Positions 47,311 to 56,931 of a stretch of DNA of 64,000 bases are shown one piece after another. Both the position numbers and the translations under genes were made by a program. The notes under the pieces were generated by a model. It was not told where the DNA came from. It ran no database searches and was given only the letters and a program-made list of their open reading frames with translations. Source of the stretch: an uncultured Porphyromonadaceae bacterium (lineage in GTDB: Bacteria > Bacteroidota > Bacteroidia > Bacteroidales > Muribaculaceae); the NCBI GenBank assembly GCA_900545955.1, contig URAU01000012.1, positions 6,604 to 70,603 on the forward strand, written 5' to 3'. Numbering within the stretch: position 1 is the stretch's first letter; each line of letters begins with the position of its first letter.

Positions 47311-47415
47311 ATTTCAGAAAAAAGCTCACACATATGTGCAAAGATACAAAATATTCACCGATAATCGAAACCCCAATTTAAAAGTATCATGTATATCGCC
47401 TTCCTTCGGCTTTTC

Positions 47416-47516
47416 AAGAGACATAGAGCCTTAGAGTCCTTAACGGCCTTAGAGTCCTTAGAGTCCTTAGAAGTCCTAAAATCCATAGAGCTCTTAGGGC
47501 CCTTAAGATCCTTAAA
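47416..47516. repeat. Degenerate 9-bp tandem repeat array (consensus AGAGTCCTT)
   Basis: AGAG-CCTT AGAGTCCTT AACGGCCTT AGAGTCCTT AGAGTCCTT ... AGAGCTCTT AGGGCCCTT AAGATCCTT; about 11 units. Confidence 0.8.
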
Positions 47517-48342
47517 GCGCCTGGATTCCTTTATAAAAAAATGGCAAAGCATGCAAGGAGGAAATGTGGGCCGGAGAGGCGCCACAGCAGCCGCCGAGAA
47601 TGGCTGGAGGGGTCGGCAGCCGATGGAATGCGGATGAGATAAACTCCGAGAACGCCTCCGGAGAGAAACCGGCGGGAATCGAGGGATAAAACACCCCGGG
47701 AAGACCGCTCTGAGCCTGCAGAAGCGTAAGAGCCTCAAGCATTGCCGGCGTCGGCGGAACGCAGTTCAGACCGGCGGCAACGGCGCCATCTTCACGCGCC
47801 ACACGGCCAAACTGAACCGGGAGGCCGCGCTGATAACCCTCGGGGAGCCATGCGGAAAGAATGGCGGGCAGACCGGGGGCCACTTCGCGGGCAGCACGCA
47901 GAGCCATACGCGCTACTTCCGGATTTGTAGCGGTCTCAATCAGAATGATGTCGGCGCCGGCCGAGGCCAGCGCATCTGCCATACGCCTGTAAATCGACAG
48001 TGCATCAGGAAGACGACTCTCAAATCCGGCCGGAAGCGGCCCGACGCTGCCTGCCACCCGGATAGGGCGCTCCGGATGATTCGTCAAATAACTACTTCTG
48101 GCATCAAGGGCAGCCTGCACACATCCTCGTACCTCCGCAAGCATCTGCCGGGTCTTCTCCCCGGTCAAGGCAGTGGCAAAAGCGACAGTATCAGCAGTAA
48201 TTATTTCGGCTCCGGCCGCAAGGAAGGCTTCATGAGCCTCTGAGGCAGTCAGCGATTGCTCGCGCATGGTTGTTCCCATACCTCCGTCGAGCAGCAGAGG
48301 CCGACCGCTCCCCAGGGCTTCAATCAGCGAATAACTGCTCAT
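47512..48342 (-). CDS. Stand-alone homocysteine S-methyltransferase family protein
   Basis: LLDGGMGT, AGSVGP, LIET, GLNC and GGCCG Zn-binding motifs. Confidence 0.85.
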   Translation of the reverse strand: MSSYSLIEALGSGRPLLLDGGMGTTMREQSLTASEAHEAFLAAGAEIITADTVAFATALTGEKTRQMLAEVRGCVQAALDARSSYLTNHPERPIRVAGSVGPLPAGFESRLPDALSIYRRMADALASAGADIILIETATNPEVARMALRAAREVAPGLPAILSAWLPEGYQRGLPVQFGRVAREDGAVAAGLNCVPPTPAMLEALTLLQAQSGLPGVFYPSIPAGFSPEAFSEFISSAFHRLPTPPAILGGCCGASPAHISSLHALPFFYKGIQAL

Positions 48343-48929
48343 TCCGAATCTTCGTCTGACGCTGTTTCAGTGGCGGATTCTTCGTCGGGAATACGGAAAA
48401 TGGAGAAATTCACCGACCCATAGGCCCGATGCTCATAAAAATGAGGCAGTTGCGAGAAATCGTGGGCCTTCGAGTGCTCGATAATGAATATCGAACCAGG
48501 GGCAAGGAGCTTTGAGCCAAGCACTTTAGCCGGAATTTCTGCAAATCCCGGCATATCGTAGGGGGGATCGGCGAAAACGATGTCGTAGGGAGCACCGGCC
48601 GACTCTATGAACTTCAGGGCATCGCCGCGCACGAGCGTATGCTCATTCTCCACACCGAGTTGCGCCGCCACCTTGCGGATGAAGCCGGCCTGTGTGGCGG
48701 CTTTCTCAACCGACGTGACCCGTGAGCACCCGCGCGACAGGAACTCGAACGATACGGCGCCTGTGCCGGCAAATAGGTCGAGCACCGAGGGGGCATCCCC
48801 TTCGAAATCCACCATATTCTCAAGCACATTGAATATGTTTTCGCGTGCAAAATCGGTTGTGGGCCGTGCGGTTATGTTGGTGGGTACGTCGAAACGGCGA
48901 CGCCCGAATTTTCCTCGGATTATACGCAT
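48339..48929 (-). CDS. rsmD: 16S rRNA m2G966 methyltransferase
   Basis: MRIIRG, RPTTD, LDLFAGTG and FADPPY. Confidence 0.92.
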   Translation of the reverse strand: MRIIRGKFGRRRFDVPTNITARPTTDFARENIFNVLENMVDFEGDAPSVLDLFAGTGAVSFEFLSRGCSRVTSVEKAATQAGFIRKVAAQLGVENEHTLVRGDALKFIESAGAPYDIVFADPPYDMPGFAEIPAKVLGSKLLAPGSIFIIEHSKAHDFSQLPHFYEHRAYGSVNFSIFRIPDEESATETASDEDSE

Positions 48930-48971
48930 GGTGTTTCCTTTAGGTCTTAAATATCGAACATACGTGTCCGC

Positions 48972-49808
48972 TCATTCCTCCGGTTCAATCAGATCCGCCA
49001 CTACAGGAGCGAGAATCATCTCGAACGGCGCACCGAGCGACGCTTTGCCTGCCCGGAACATTACCGACGGAAAAATCGCCGGCATTACGAAACTCACATA
49101 TCGGCGCAGAAGCGCCCCCACTTCGTTGCGGAGCCGGCGATTGCCGGCAATGAATATCTCGTCGGTCGGTTCGAGGCCGTTCACCTGCCGTCCGGCAAGT
49201 ATATAATAGAGCGAATCCATCGGGTCGGACACGCGGAAAGTATTCAGAATCAATGGCTCTTCGTCGCCAAGAATCACCACGTCCGTACGGTCGGGCCGCA
49301 GGTTGACGAGCGTCTTGCCGCGATGGCGCGCGGGATATTTCGAGCGAAGCCATACAGCCTGGGGTACAAGCGGATGAATAATCACTGCGCGATGAAACGT
49401 ACGCCGAAGGAACCCGAGCATATCGTCGGGCAACTCCATGGCAAGCGTCATCCCGAGCGAAGGCATCCCGACGGCTATAACCGAGGCGGGTATATCCGGC
49501 TGCGGTGGAAAGGCCTTCCGGAGGAGCTTCTGCGCCGCCTTCCCAAGGCCTGACGGCAGCGGGAGGAAGCGCTGGGTATCGAAGAGCACCGTCACCTTGG
49601 CGAAATCCGCAAGAAGCAACGGATTATCGTAGACGGCATCCTCCACTGCCCGGAGATGGCTTTCGGCATCGGAAGCAAGGGGAATGCTTTCATGAATCAG
49701 CGAATGGTTCTCATACGGAGAAAAGGCCACGACCTCGATGGCCTGCGCCGAAATCTCGAGCACAAGCTGCCATATTGAGGGCTGATCGATGAGGTCTTTA
49801 TGTAGCAC
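48972..49808 (-). CDS. DUF3822 family protein
   Basis: YDNPLLLADF and LNTF...DSLYYIL motifs; typical position upstream of rsmD in Bacteroidetes. Confidence 0.75.
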   Translation of the reverse strand: MLHKDLIDQPSIWQLVLEISAQAIEVVAFSPYENHSLIHESIPLASDAESHLRAVEDAVYDNPLLLADFAKVTVLFDTQRFLPLPSGLGKAAQKLLRKAFPPQPDIPASVIAVGMPSLGMTLAMELPDDMLGFLRRTFHRAVIIHPLVPQAVWLRSKYPARHRGKTLVNLRPDRTDVVILGDEEPLILNTFRVSDPMDSLYYILAGRQVNGLEPTDEIFIAGNRRLRNEVGALLRRYVSFVMPAIFPSVMFRAGKASLGAPFEMILAPVVADLIEPEE

Positions 49809-49844
49809 TTGCAGGGATATTTCCGTATAAGATTATGGAAGCTC

Positions 49845-51938
49845 TCAGCGGGCAAGCTGGTCGGAGCCGGCGCCGCGCATTCCCGGACGCGCCCGACGGT
49901 TGGAGTTGCGGCGGGCGTTGTTATACTGCGCGCCGTTGCCCCAGGAGTTCTCCACGTCGAAACCGGTGTTGCCGAATCCGCTTTCGTCGTAGTACTCGTC
50001 TTCGTCGTAGTCGTCGGATTCCGAGTTGCGGCCCTTGGTCTTGGGCTTGTTGCGCTTCACGTCGTCGGGCTTCTGGGCGTCGACAGGAAGTTCGAAGAGA
50101 GCCCAATCCTGATCGATGTCCCAGTTTTTGCGCAGCTGGATTTTCTTGGAGAAGTAGAACACATCCTCCGGTTGCCGGTGCGAGGCCAGTTCGCCGGTAT
50201 CCCACTCGCCGTTGCGGTTCAGGTCGATGTAGGCGCGGGCATAGTATGTGGCCGGATCAACGAAATTGAAAGTGGCTCTGCCATCTCTTACGACGGTCGA
50301 CGCCACAGGCTTATCGGAATTGTCGAGCAGTTCCACCACAAGTTGCGCCGAGTCGGGAATCTGCGCTATATCAGTAATATCGAAAAACACGTTTCCGTAG
50401 TCCTCGCCGAGTTTAGCGGTAAATTCGGACTTCACCGGAGGATTTACGTGGCCGTAAATATCGGAAATAGCTGCTGAATCGGCCACAAAGCGGTATTTGG
50501 CACCTTCGGCCCATTTGGCCGAGAGGTTATACAGACGTATATTGGCACTGTCGACTGCCAGCGTAGCTTCCACCGGGTTCCAGAGTGTATCTACCGCCAT
50601 CTCGAGCCGCCACATGGTAGAGTCGATAGCGCCGATAGGGATGTTTACTTCGAACTGAGCCGGCTTATGCAGATGTTGCGAGCCACCCGACTTCAGTTTG
50701 AACTCCACCTTCTCGACCTTCGGAACAAGTGGCGGGAACACGCTGTCGGGAAATTCCTTCTGATCTTTCTCGCGCTTTTTGAGCTGCTCTTCCCACGCTT
50801 TGGCGGCATCCTTCTCCTGCTGGCGGGTAGTGCCGCGCACGAAGAGTTTCAGTGTGTCGGAAGTCCATACCAGGCGGTCGAGCGTGTCGGTCTTCTGATA
50901 GCGGGCGGCCACGAGAAGCGAATCCTGCGCCACCACAGCGGTGTCGGAAATCCAATACACGAGCGAGTCGAGCCCCTCGCGGGCCTCGAGCACGGAGATG
51001 TCGGAGAGGCGACGGTTAGCGGCCGGCCCGTTGAGCACGGTGATTTCCGGCAAAGTATCGGAAGGGGAACCGAACTTAAGCGTGACGCGCCGGCGGTCCG
51101 TGCGCTCGTAGTCGCGCAGATACTGCGGACGGAACTTCTCGTTGAACCACGTGAGCAGCACGTCGTCGGGCATATAGTGGTAGGCCGTGCGAAATACGAT
51201 GGAATCCTGATGTTCCGAGCCTTGAAGCGTGTCGGCCACCTCGACCGGCTCTACGCCCGGCGAGAGTATCACACTGGAGAAAGCAACGGCTTCGGAGCGG
51301 TCCCAGTGCCAGTCGCGGTTACGGTCGTCGATGGCGAAAATCTGATATGTGCCGGGCTTGAGGCCCCGGATGGTAAACTGCCCGAGCTGGTTGGTCTTGG
51401 CCACGCGTTCGAGCGGCAGGGTGCGGATGGCCGAATCGGCGAGGTTGCTGTAGACGCCGACCACCATTCCCTGAGCCGGCTCGAGATTCTCGGCCTGGAA
51501 CACCATGCCGGAAATGCGGAGGGTATCGATTGTGGAGCCGGTGGAAAAATCCATGGCGAATCCGTCGAGGATATTGCCCTCGTTGAGGTCGCGCACGGCG
51601 TCGGAGAAATCAATGGTGTAGGTAGTGCTGTCGCGCAGCGAGTCGCGCAGTTCGAGAGTAACCCTGCGGCCGTTGGCGCGGGCAACCGGCTGCTGCATCT
51701 GGGCCGGAGATACCACGAGCTTGTTCTGAATATCCTCAAGCTTTACGTTCTCGTTGAAGAAGATATCGATGCGGTTACGGTCGACACCGGTCGAGCCTGG
51801 CGCGGGGGTAGAGCGCACGAACTCGGGGGGAGTCTCGTCGCGCGGGCCACCTTCGGGCCTGCCTATCGAGGCACACGCCGCGACCACCGAAGCCATGGCT
51901 CCGATTATCACAGTGCGCATCCATAGGGCAGCTTTCAT
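49845..51938 (-). CDS. Ig-like (Big_5) domain lipoprotein
   Basis: AAC-ASIGRPEGGPRDETPP, TTYTIDFSDAVRDLNEGN and DLNRNGEWDTG. Confidence 0.85.
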   Translation of the reverse strand: MKAALWMRTVIIGAMASVVAACASIGRPEGGPRDETPPEFVRSTPAPGSTGVDRNRIDIFFNENVKLEDIQNKLVVSPAQMQQPVARANGRRVTLELRDSLRDSTTYTIDFSDAVRDLNEGNILDGFAMDFSTGSTIDTLRISGMVFQAENLEPAQGMVVGVYSNLADSAIRTLPLERVAKTNQLGQFTIRGLKPGTYQIFAIDDRNRDWHWDRSEAVAFSSVILSPGVEPVEVADTLQGSEHQDSIVFRTAYHYMPDDVLLTWFNEKFRPQYLRDYERTDRRRVTLKFGSPSDTLPEITVLNGPAANRRLSDISVLEAREGLDSLVYWISDTAVVAQDSLLVAARYQKTDTLDRLVWTSDTLKLFVRGTTRQQEKDAAKAWEEQLKKREKDQKEFPDSVFPPLVPKVEKVEFKLKSGGSQHLHKPAQFEVNIPIGAIDSTMWRLEMAVDTLWNPVEATLAVDSANIRLYNLSAKWAEGAKYRFVADSAAISDIYGHVNPPVKSEFTAKLGEDYGNVFFDITDIAQIPDSAQLVVELLDNSDKPVASTVVRDGRATFNFVDPATYYARAYIDLNRNGEWDTGELASHRQPEDVFYFSKKIQLRKNWDIDQDWALFELPVDAQKPDDVKRNKPKTKGRNSESDDYDEDEYYDESGFGNTGFDVENSWGNGAQYNNARRNSNRRARPGMRGAGSDQLAR

Positions 51939-51997
51939 TGATTGAGGGGGTAAATATGCAATTCCCGCACAGCGGCGGGAGTATCTGAACAGTATTG

Positions 51998-52069
51998 TAG
52001 CCCGGAGCAGAATCGAACTGCTATCTAAAGTTTAGGAAACTTCTATTCTATCCGTTGAACTACCGGGCC
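51998..52069 (-). tRNA. tRNA-Arg(CCT)
   Basis: Reverse complement GGCCCGGTAGTTCAACGGATAGAATA-GAAGT-TT-CCT-AA-ACTTT-AGATAGCAGTTCGATTCTGCTCCGGGCTA. Promoter TAACTTTG at 52099-52106 (-). Confidence 0.95.
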
Positions 52070-52177
52070 ATTGGCTGCCGAAGAGGCAGACACAGCTACA
52101 AAGTTAGCGATTTTTGCAGCATCGCCCAACGCCGGAGGCCATTTTTAGAGATTGTCTGAAAAATTTTAGACAAACTT

Positions 52178-52687
52178 TTATTTCCTGGCGAAGGTGATGA
52201 ATCGGAAACGTACGCCCGAGCGCTCGTCGGTCTGCGGTTCGCCAAGCTCGGAAATCTGCCATTGGTCAGGGTCGATTTCCGGGAAAAAGGTATCGGCGTC
52301 GGATGGGGTGGGCTCGTCGACGATGGTGAGGTCCATACGCCCTGCCAGCGGAAGAGCTGCGGCGTAGAGCTGGCCGCCTCCTATTATAAAGATTTCAGGC
52401 TCGGAAGTCGAATCCGCCTGCGAGGCAAGGGCCATAGCTTCCTCTACCGAGGCGGCGGTCTCCACACCCGGAGCGCTCCAGGCTGCGTTGCGTGTCACCA
52501 CTATGTTACGTCGGTCGGGAAGCGCCCCCTTGGGGAGCGATTCGAAGGTTTTGCGGCCCATCACCACGGTGTGGCCCGACGTCAGCTGCTTGAAATGGCG
52601 CAAGTCGGCGGAAATATGGAAAAGCAGATCACCGCGGCGCCCGATGGCGGCGCGGTCGGCCGTTATGGCTGCTATAATCGAAATCAT
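52178..52687 (-). CDS. folA: Dihydrofolate reductase
   Basis: DLRHFK, VMGRKTFESL, LPDRRNIV, IIGGG and ADTFFP. Confidence 0.95.
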   Translation of the reverse strand: MISIIAAITADRAAIGRRGDLLFHISADLRHFKQLTSGHTVVMGRKTFESLPKGALPDRRNIVVTRNAAWSAPGVETAASVEEAMALASQADSTSEPEIFIIGGGQLYAAALPLAGRMDLTIVDEPTPSDADTFFPEIDPDQWQISELGEPQTDERSGVRFRFITFARK

Positions 52688-52705
52688 CGGTAAAGTGGTT
52701 TTGAA

Positions 52706-53500
52706 TCAGACTGACACCTGCGCCTTGATGTGAGGCAGCGGGTCGTAGCCCTCGAGAGTGAAGTCGTCGTAGGTGAAATCAAAGATGCTTTTCACCTCGG
52801 GGTTGAGTTTCATTACGGGGAGTCGACGCGGTGTGCGCTGCAGCTGCTCCCTCACCTGGTCGAAATGGTTGTTATATATATGTGTATCGCCCGTGGTGTG
52901 GATAAACTCGCCGGGCTTGAGACCGCACACCTGCGCCATCATCATCAGCAGCAGAGCGTAGCTTGCGATATTGAAGGGAACGCCCAGGAAGCAGTCGGCG
53001 CTGCGCTGATAGAGCTGGAGCGACAGCCGCCCCTCCGCCACATAGAACTGGAAAAAGGCATGGCATGGAGGGAGATTCATGCGCTTGAGGTCGGCAACGT
53101 TCCATGCGCTCACTATGATGCGGCGCGAATCCGGTGTCTCCTTTATGGCTTTCACCGCCTCGGAAATCTGGTCGATGAATCCGCCGTCGTAGTCGGGCCA
53201 CGACCGCCACTGGTAGCCGTAGATGTGGCCGAGTTCGCCGTCGGGGTCGGCCCACTCGTTCCAGATGCGCACGCCGTTTTCCTGAAGGTAGCGCACATTG
53301 GTGTCGCCTCGCAGAAACCACAGCAGTTCGTGGATGATTGATTTCAGATGCAGCTTCTTGGTGGTGAGCAGCGGGAAGCCGTCGGCGAGGTCGAAGCGCA
53401 TCTGATAGCCGAACACGCTGCGCGTGCCCGTGCCGGTGCGGTCGGTTTTCTGCACACCATGCTCCATGATGTGCTGCAGCAGGTCGAGGTATTGTTTCAC
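52706..53500 (-). CDS. thyA: Thymidylate synthase
   Basis: [22 protein letters not shown] and [14 protein letters not shown]. Confidence 0.97.
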   Translation of the reverse strand: MKQYLDLLQHIMEHGVQKTDRTGTGTRSVFGYQMRFDLADGFPLLTTKKLHLKSIIHELLWFLRGDTNVRYLQENGVRIWNEWADPDGELGHIYGYQWRSWPDYDGGFIDQISEAVKAIKETPDSRRIIVSAWNVADLKRMNLPPCHAFFQFYVAEGRLSLQLYQRSADCFLGVPFNIASYALLLMMMAQVCGLKPGEFIHTTGDTHIYNNHFDQVREQLQRTPRRLPVMKLNPEVKSIFDFTYDDFTLEGYDPLPHIKAQVSV

Positions 53501-53536
53501 TGAAAGGAATATTATGGGATAAGGAAAGTTATTGCC

Positions 53537-53578
53537 GTCATTTAAACTTTTTCTTTTCGATGAAAAAATTTAAATGGC
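53537..53578. repeat. Collapsed copy (ends only) of palindromic element family B
   Basis: GTCATTTAAACTTTTTC...GAAAAAATTTAAATGGC, matching the ends of 59878-60057. Confidence 0.7.
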
Positions 53579-53579
53579 T

Positions 53580-55088
53580 TCATTGTCTGAAATCCGTGCC
53601 GCTCACGCCGATGGCTTTAACCGGCGTGGCCGGGCAGATATACTGGCAGGCCCCGCAACCGATACATTCGTCGGAGTCGACCGATGCGATAAGCACGCTC
53701 GGACCCGGCTGGTCGGCTTTGCGCGCCTTCATCGAAATGGCCTCGCGCGGACAGCGGCGCACGCAGAGGCCGCACCCTATGCAGTTTGCAGGCTCCACCC
53801 TGGCTTTCCCGATTACGAAGATATGCTTTTCCTCGGTCGACAGCGGAGTCAGAGCCCCGGTGGGACATACGTCGGTACACCGCGTGCAGTTATACCGGCA
53901 ATAGGATGCGTCGAGATCGAGCACCGGATGGAGCATATTGGCGATGCCGAGCTGTCCGGCCGACGGCCGGAGCACCTTGGCCGGGCAGTGGGACACACAG
54001 AGGCCACAACCCGTGCATTTCTGGAGGAAGTTGCCCAGCGAGCGGCGCCCCGGAGGCACCACAGGCTTCAGCCCCTCGAGCGGACGGCGCTTGGCTGCGA
54101 TAGCCTCGATGCGTTTGCGCTGACGTGAAGCGGCCGCTATCGCGGGCGTAGCGGCGATAACCAGACCTGTGGCAAGAAACTGGCGGCGGTCGAGCAGGGC
54201 CACGCCTGACTCCGCTTGCGGTTTCTCAGGCTTGACGGCGGCCTTCGGCGCAGGAGAGGCCGGGGAGGATGGTCGCGACATGGCCGTGGATGCCGGCGTG
54301 ACAGGCTGCATCATCGGCACCGAAAGCCGCTTCCGGCGGTAGGTATATCGGATGGCGCCCTCATGGCATGTATCGACACAGTCGAAACATACCACGCAGC
54401 GCGAAGCATCCACCACATGGTCTGCCATATTGATACATTTGCTTTTGCACACGCGGCCACACTGACCGCAGTTCACGCATACGTCGGTATCGATGTCGAA
54501 ATGCATCAGAGCATATCGGCTCACCAGCGAGAGAGTGCTCCCAACGGGGCATATCGTATTGCATACCAGGCGACCCGAGCGCCACGCCACCGCAGCCACA
54601 GCCACCAGCGTGGCGGCCGCTATGCCGAAGGCGAGCCATGAGGCCACCAGTACGGGAGCACCGCATACCCACTCCCATACGGGGAGCAGAATCTCGGAGC
54701 ATATACGCCCGAAGGCGCTGTAGGGGTCGAAAAGCGTTGCGGCCAGAGCGATGCCGGCCACCGAACAGCCCACAACCACCGTGAGCCACGTGTAACGGAA
54801 TTTATTGCGCGGCTCCTCGTAGCGATAGCCGTTGCGGAAACGGCGCCTGCGCCCCAGCCGGGGCACACGGGCGAATACGTCCTGAAGTATCCCCATCGGG
54901 CAGACCGTAGAGCAGTAGATGCGTCCGAACACAAGCGTGAGCGCGAGCCACGCCAGTATGCCCGCAATCGACCCGGCCAAAGCAAGCGGGAAAATCTGAA
55001 TATGCGCCACCCAGTGGAGGTCGATGGCCAGCTCGGCGCTGAGCGTGGTGAAGAGCGTTGTTGCCAGTGCGAGCATGACGATGCCCAC
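53580..55088 (-). CDS. Membrane polyferredoxin (NapH/MauM-like 4Fe-4S protein); the reading frame extends upstream to ~55178
   Basis: FGRIYCSTVCPMG, CNTICPVG and multiple CxxCxxCxxxC(P) motifs. Confidence 0.88.
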   Translation of the reverse strand: MGIVMLALATTLFTTLSAELAIDLHWVAHIQIFPLALAGSIAGILAWLALTLVFGRIYCSTVCPMGILQDVFARVPRLGRRRRFRNGYRYEEPRNKFRYTWLTVVVGCSVAGIALAATLFDPYSAFGRICSEILLPVWEWVCGAPVLVASWLAFGIAAATLVAVAAVAWRSGRLVCNTICPVGSTLSLVSRYALMHFDIDTDVCVNCGQCGRVCKSKCINMADHVVDASRCVVCFDCVDTCHEGAIRYTYRRKRLSVPMMQPVTPASTAMSRPSSPASPAPKAAVKPEKPQAESGVALLDRRQFLATGLVIAATPAIAAASRQRKRIEAIAAKRRPLEGLKPVVPPGRRSLGNFLQKCTGCGLCVSHCPAKVLRPSAGQLGIANMLHPVLDLDASYCRYNCTRCTDVCPTGALTPLSTEEKHIFVIGKARVEPANCIGCGLCVRRCPREAISMKARKADQPGPSVLIASVDSDECIGCGACQYICPATPVKAIGVSGTDFRQ

Positions 55089-55230
55089 CGCTACGCGGAA
55101 GCGGCGGAGCAGGCGCCCGGCATTGAATCGGCGGCGCCTCCTGGAGGAATATGTCGTTGTCTTTGCGATAACTTTAAACTACTGTTAGTCTGTTGAATAC
55201 AATTGAATTCAGCGGAAGAGAGGCGATGTG

Positions 55231-55779
55231 TCAGTGGTTGCACTCCCAGTCGCGGAGCCGGTCGGCAATATCGGTAAGCGCGGCAAGTTCGTTGACTATG
55301 AAAATGTGCTGCTGGCATTCGCTGACGCAGTGGAAACAGCGTATACAGCGCTGCGACTGATGGGCGTCGGCCACGCGGCGGTCGTAGACACGCAGAAAGC
55401 GCCGGGCCTTTCGGGCGAACGCTGGGCTTTCGGGGTCGTCGGCGTAGATGTCGGGCACGTTGTCCTGGGCAAGCAGATCGTTGTAGACCTTGAAGTTGCC
55501 GGGAATGTCGACACCATAGCCGCATGGCATGCAGGCGTCGCACTCAACACATTCCACGGGCTCCAGACTTGCTACTCTCCCCTTCGGGCGCTCAGGGCCG
55601 GAGGCGCCAGGTGCCGTCTGAGCCGAGGGCCTGCGCGCCGGAGCCGCTGACGCCTCGGCGTCGGGAGCGTCGCCCGCCAGACGGGCCATGGCAAGCGCGG
55701 CGGCGCCGGCGCCAACTCTTTTGAGCCATTGGCGGCGCGAAATCCGTACGTCGTTGTTGTCTGCAATCTTCATAAGCAT
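55231..55779 (-). CDS. Tat-signal 4Fe-4S dicluster protein (resembles the C-terminal part of Fe-S aldo/keto reductases)
   Basis: ISRRQWLK Tat motif; CVECDACMPCGYGVDIP and CIRCFHCVSECQQHIFI. Confidence 0.75.
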   Translation of the reverse strand: MLMKIADNNDVRISRRQWLKRVGAGAAALAMARLAGDAPDAEASAAPARRPSAQTAPGASGPERPKGRVASLEPVECVECDACMPCGYGVDIPGNFKVYNDLLAQDNVPDIYADDPESPAFARKARRFLRVYDRRVADAHQSQRCIRCFHCVSECQQHIFIVNELAALTDIADRLRDWECNH

Positions 55780-55847
55780 TGCAAAGTTAGCAAATCCACG
55801 GAAAAATCGACCGTGTTATTCGCTGTAATTAGCAATAATTAAGCTGC

Positions 55848-55871
55848 ACGTCATATATTACGTCATATATT
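55848..55871. repeat. Exact 12-bp tandem duplication ACGTCATATATT x2
   Basis: Copies at 55848-55859 and 55860-55871, abutting the stop codon of the TrmH-family gene. Confidence 0.85.
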
Positions 55872-56685
55872 AATGTGCGCGCAGCTGCCAGAACGCCACG
55901 GCGGCCGCGGCCGCCACATTGAGCGAATCCACACAGTGGCTCATCGGGATGCGGGCCACATAGTCGGTCGAAGCGATTACCTCGCGGGCGAGACCGTCGC
56001 CCTCGGTACCCATCACTATGGCCAGACGTGGCTCGGCGAGCAGGCGTGGATCGTCGATCGACACGGAATCATCAGTCAGCGCCATGGCCACGGTTTTCAG
56101 GCCCATCCGGGAGAGCGAAGCTACCGGCTCCCGGAGCCATCCCCAGGGAACGAGAAACACCGAGCCCATGCTCACCCGGATACTGCGCCGGTTGAGTGGG
56201 TCGCAGCTTGTGGGCGTAAGAAGCACAGCGTCGATGCCCAGAGCAGCCGCCGAACGGAATATGGCGCCGATGTTTGTGGTATCCGTCACACCGTCGATTA
56301 CCACCACGCGTCGGGCACCCTCCACCAAAGCTGCCACGTCGGGCTCGGCCGGACGCTCCATAGCGCAGAGCACCCCGCGTGTGAGTGTATAGCCCGTCAG
56401 CGAGGCGAGCACGTCTCTGTCGCCCACATATACGGGCGTATCCTCGTCCAGACGAGCCAGCAGCGTAGCTGCGTCGCCCTCTATATGGCGTCGCTCGCAA
56501 AGCATCGCCACAGGCCGATACCCACGGTCGAGAGCCACGGCGATCACCTTCGGACTCTCGGCGATAAACACCCCGTGGCGAGCCTCGACACTGCGGCGCA
56601 GTTGCGCCTCGGTGAGCGACGCGAACAGCTCAAGGCCCGGATAGTCAAGACTTTTAATATCTATTATTCTACACATAGAAGTCAT
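55870..56685 (-). CDS. TrmH/SpoU family RNA methyltransferase
   Basis: FIAES, TNIGAIFRSAAALG, MGTEGDGL and IPM..VDSLNV. Confidence 0.92.
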   Translation of the reverse strand: MTSMCRIIDIKSLDYPGLELFASLTEAQLRRSVEARHGVFIAESPKVIAVALDRGYRPVAMLCERRHIEGDAATLLARLDEDTPVYVGDRDVLASLTGYTLTRGVLCAMERPAEPDVAALVEGARRVVVIDGVTDTTNIGAIFRSAAALGIDAVLLTPTSCDPLNRRSIRVSMGSVFLVPWGWLREPVASLSRMGLKTVAMALTDDSVSIDDPRLLAEPRLAIVMGTEGDGLAREVIASTDYVARIPMSHCVDSLNVAAAAAVAFWQLRAH

Positions 56686-56722
56686 TTAAACTTTTTCCTC
56701 GAAAAGAATTTGAGCCTGTTTT
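56679..56722. repeat. Left-arm-only copy of palindromic element family B
   Basis: AAGTCATTTAAACTTTTTCCTCGAAAAGAATTTGAGCCTGTTTT is nearly identical to 59878-59920. Confidence 0.8.
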
Positions 56723-56894
56723 GGCAGCAAAGGTAGCGAATTGCTCCGGCACCGGCAATCGGAGCTACCGGTCTCTCCAATTTTCACGATGCATAAAATA
56801 AGGCCCGAATGAGGCCTAAAAAGCACCTTTCCGTGGCGTTCTGCGGCCATTAAAAAGATTTTTTTGGAAAAATGAAAAAAAATTTGCCAAAATA

Positions 56895-56925
56895 TTTGCA
56901 AAATGAAAAATGATATATAACTTTG
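56895..56925 (+). promoter_or_regulatory. Canonical Bacteroidetes promoter
   Basis: TTTG (56895-56898), 19-nt spacer, TAACTTTG (56918-56925), with an AT-rich upstream region. Confidence 0.8.
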
Positions 56926-56931
56926 CAGCAT

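Noticed and set aside
52146..52180. Imperfect AT-rich inverted repeat after folA as a third MITE family
   Set aside because: Single short imperfect copy with no full-length partner in the window; may simply be a weak terminator.
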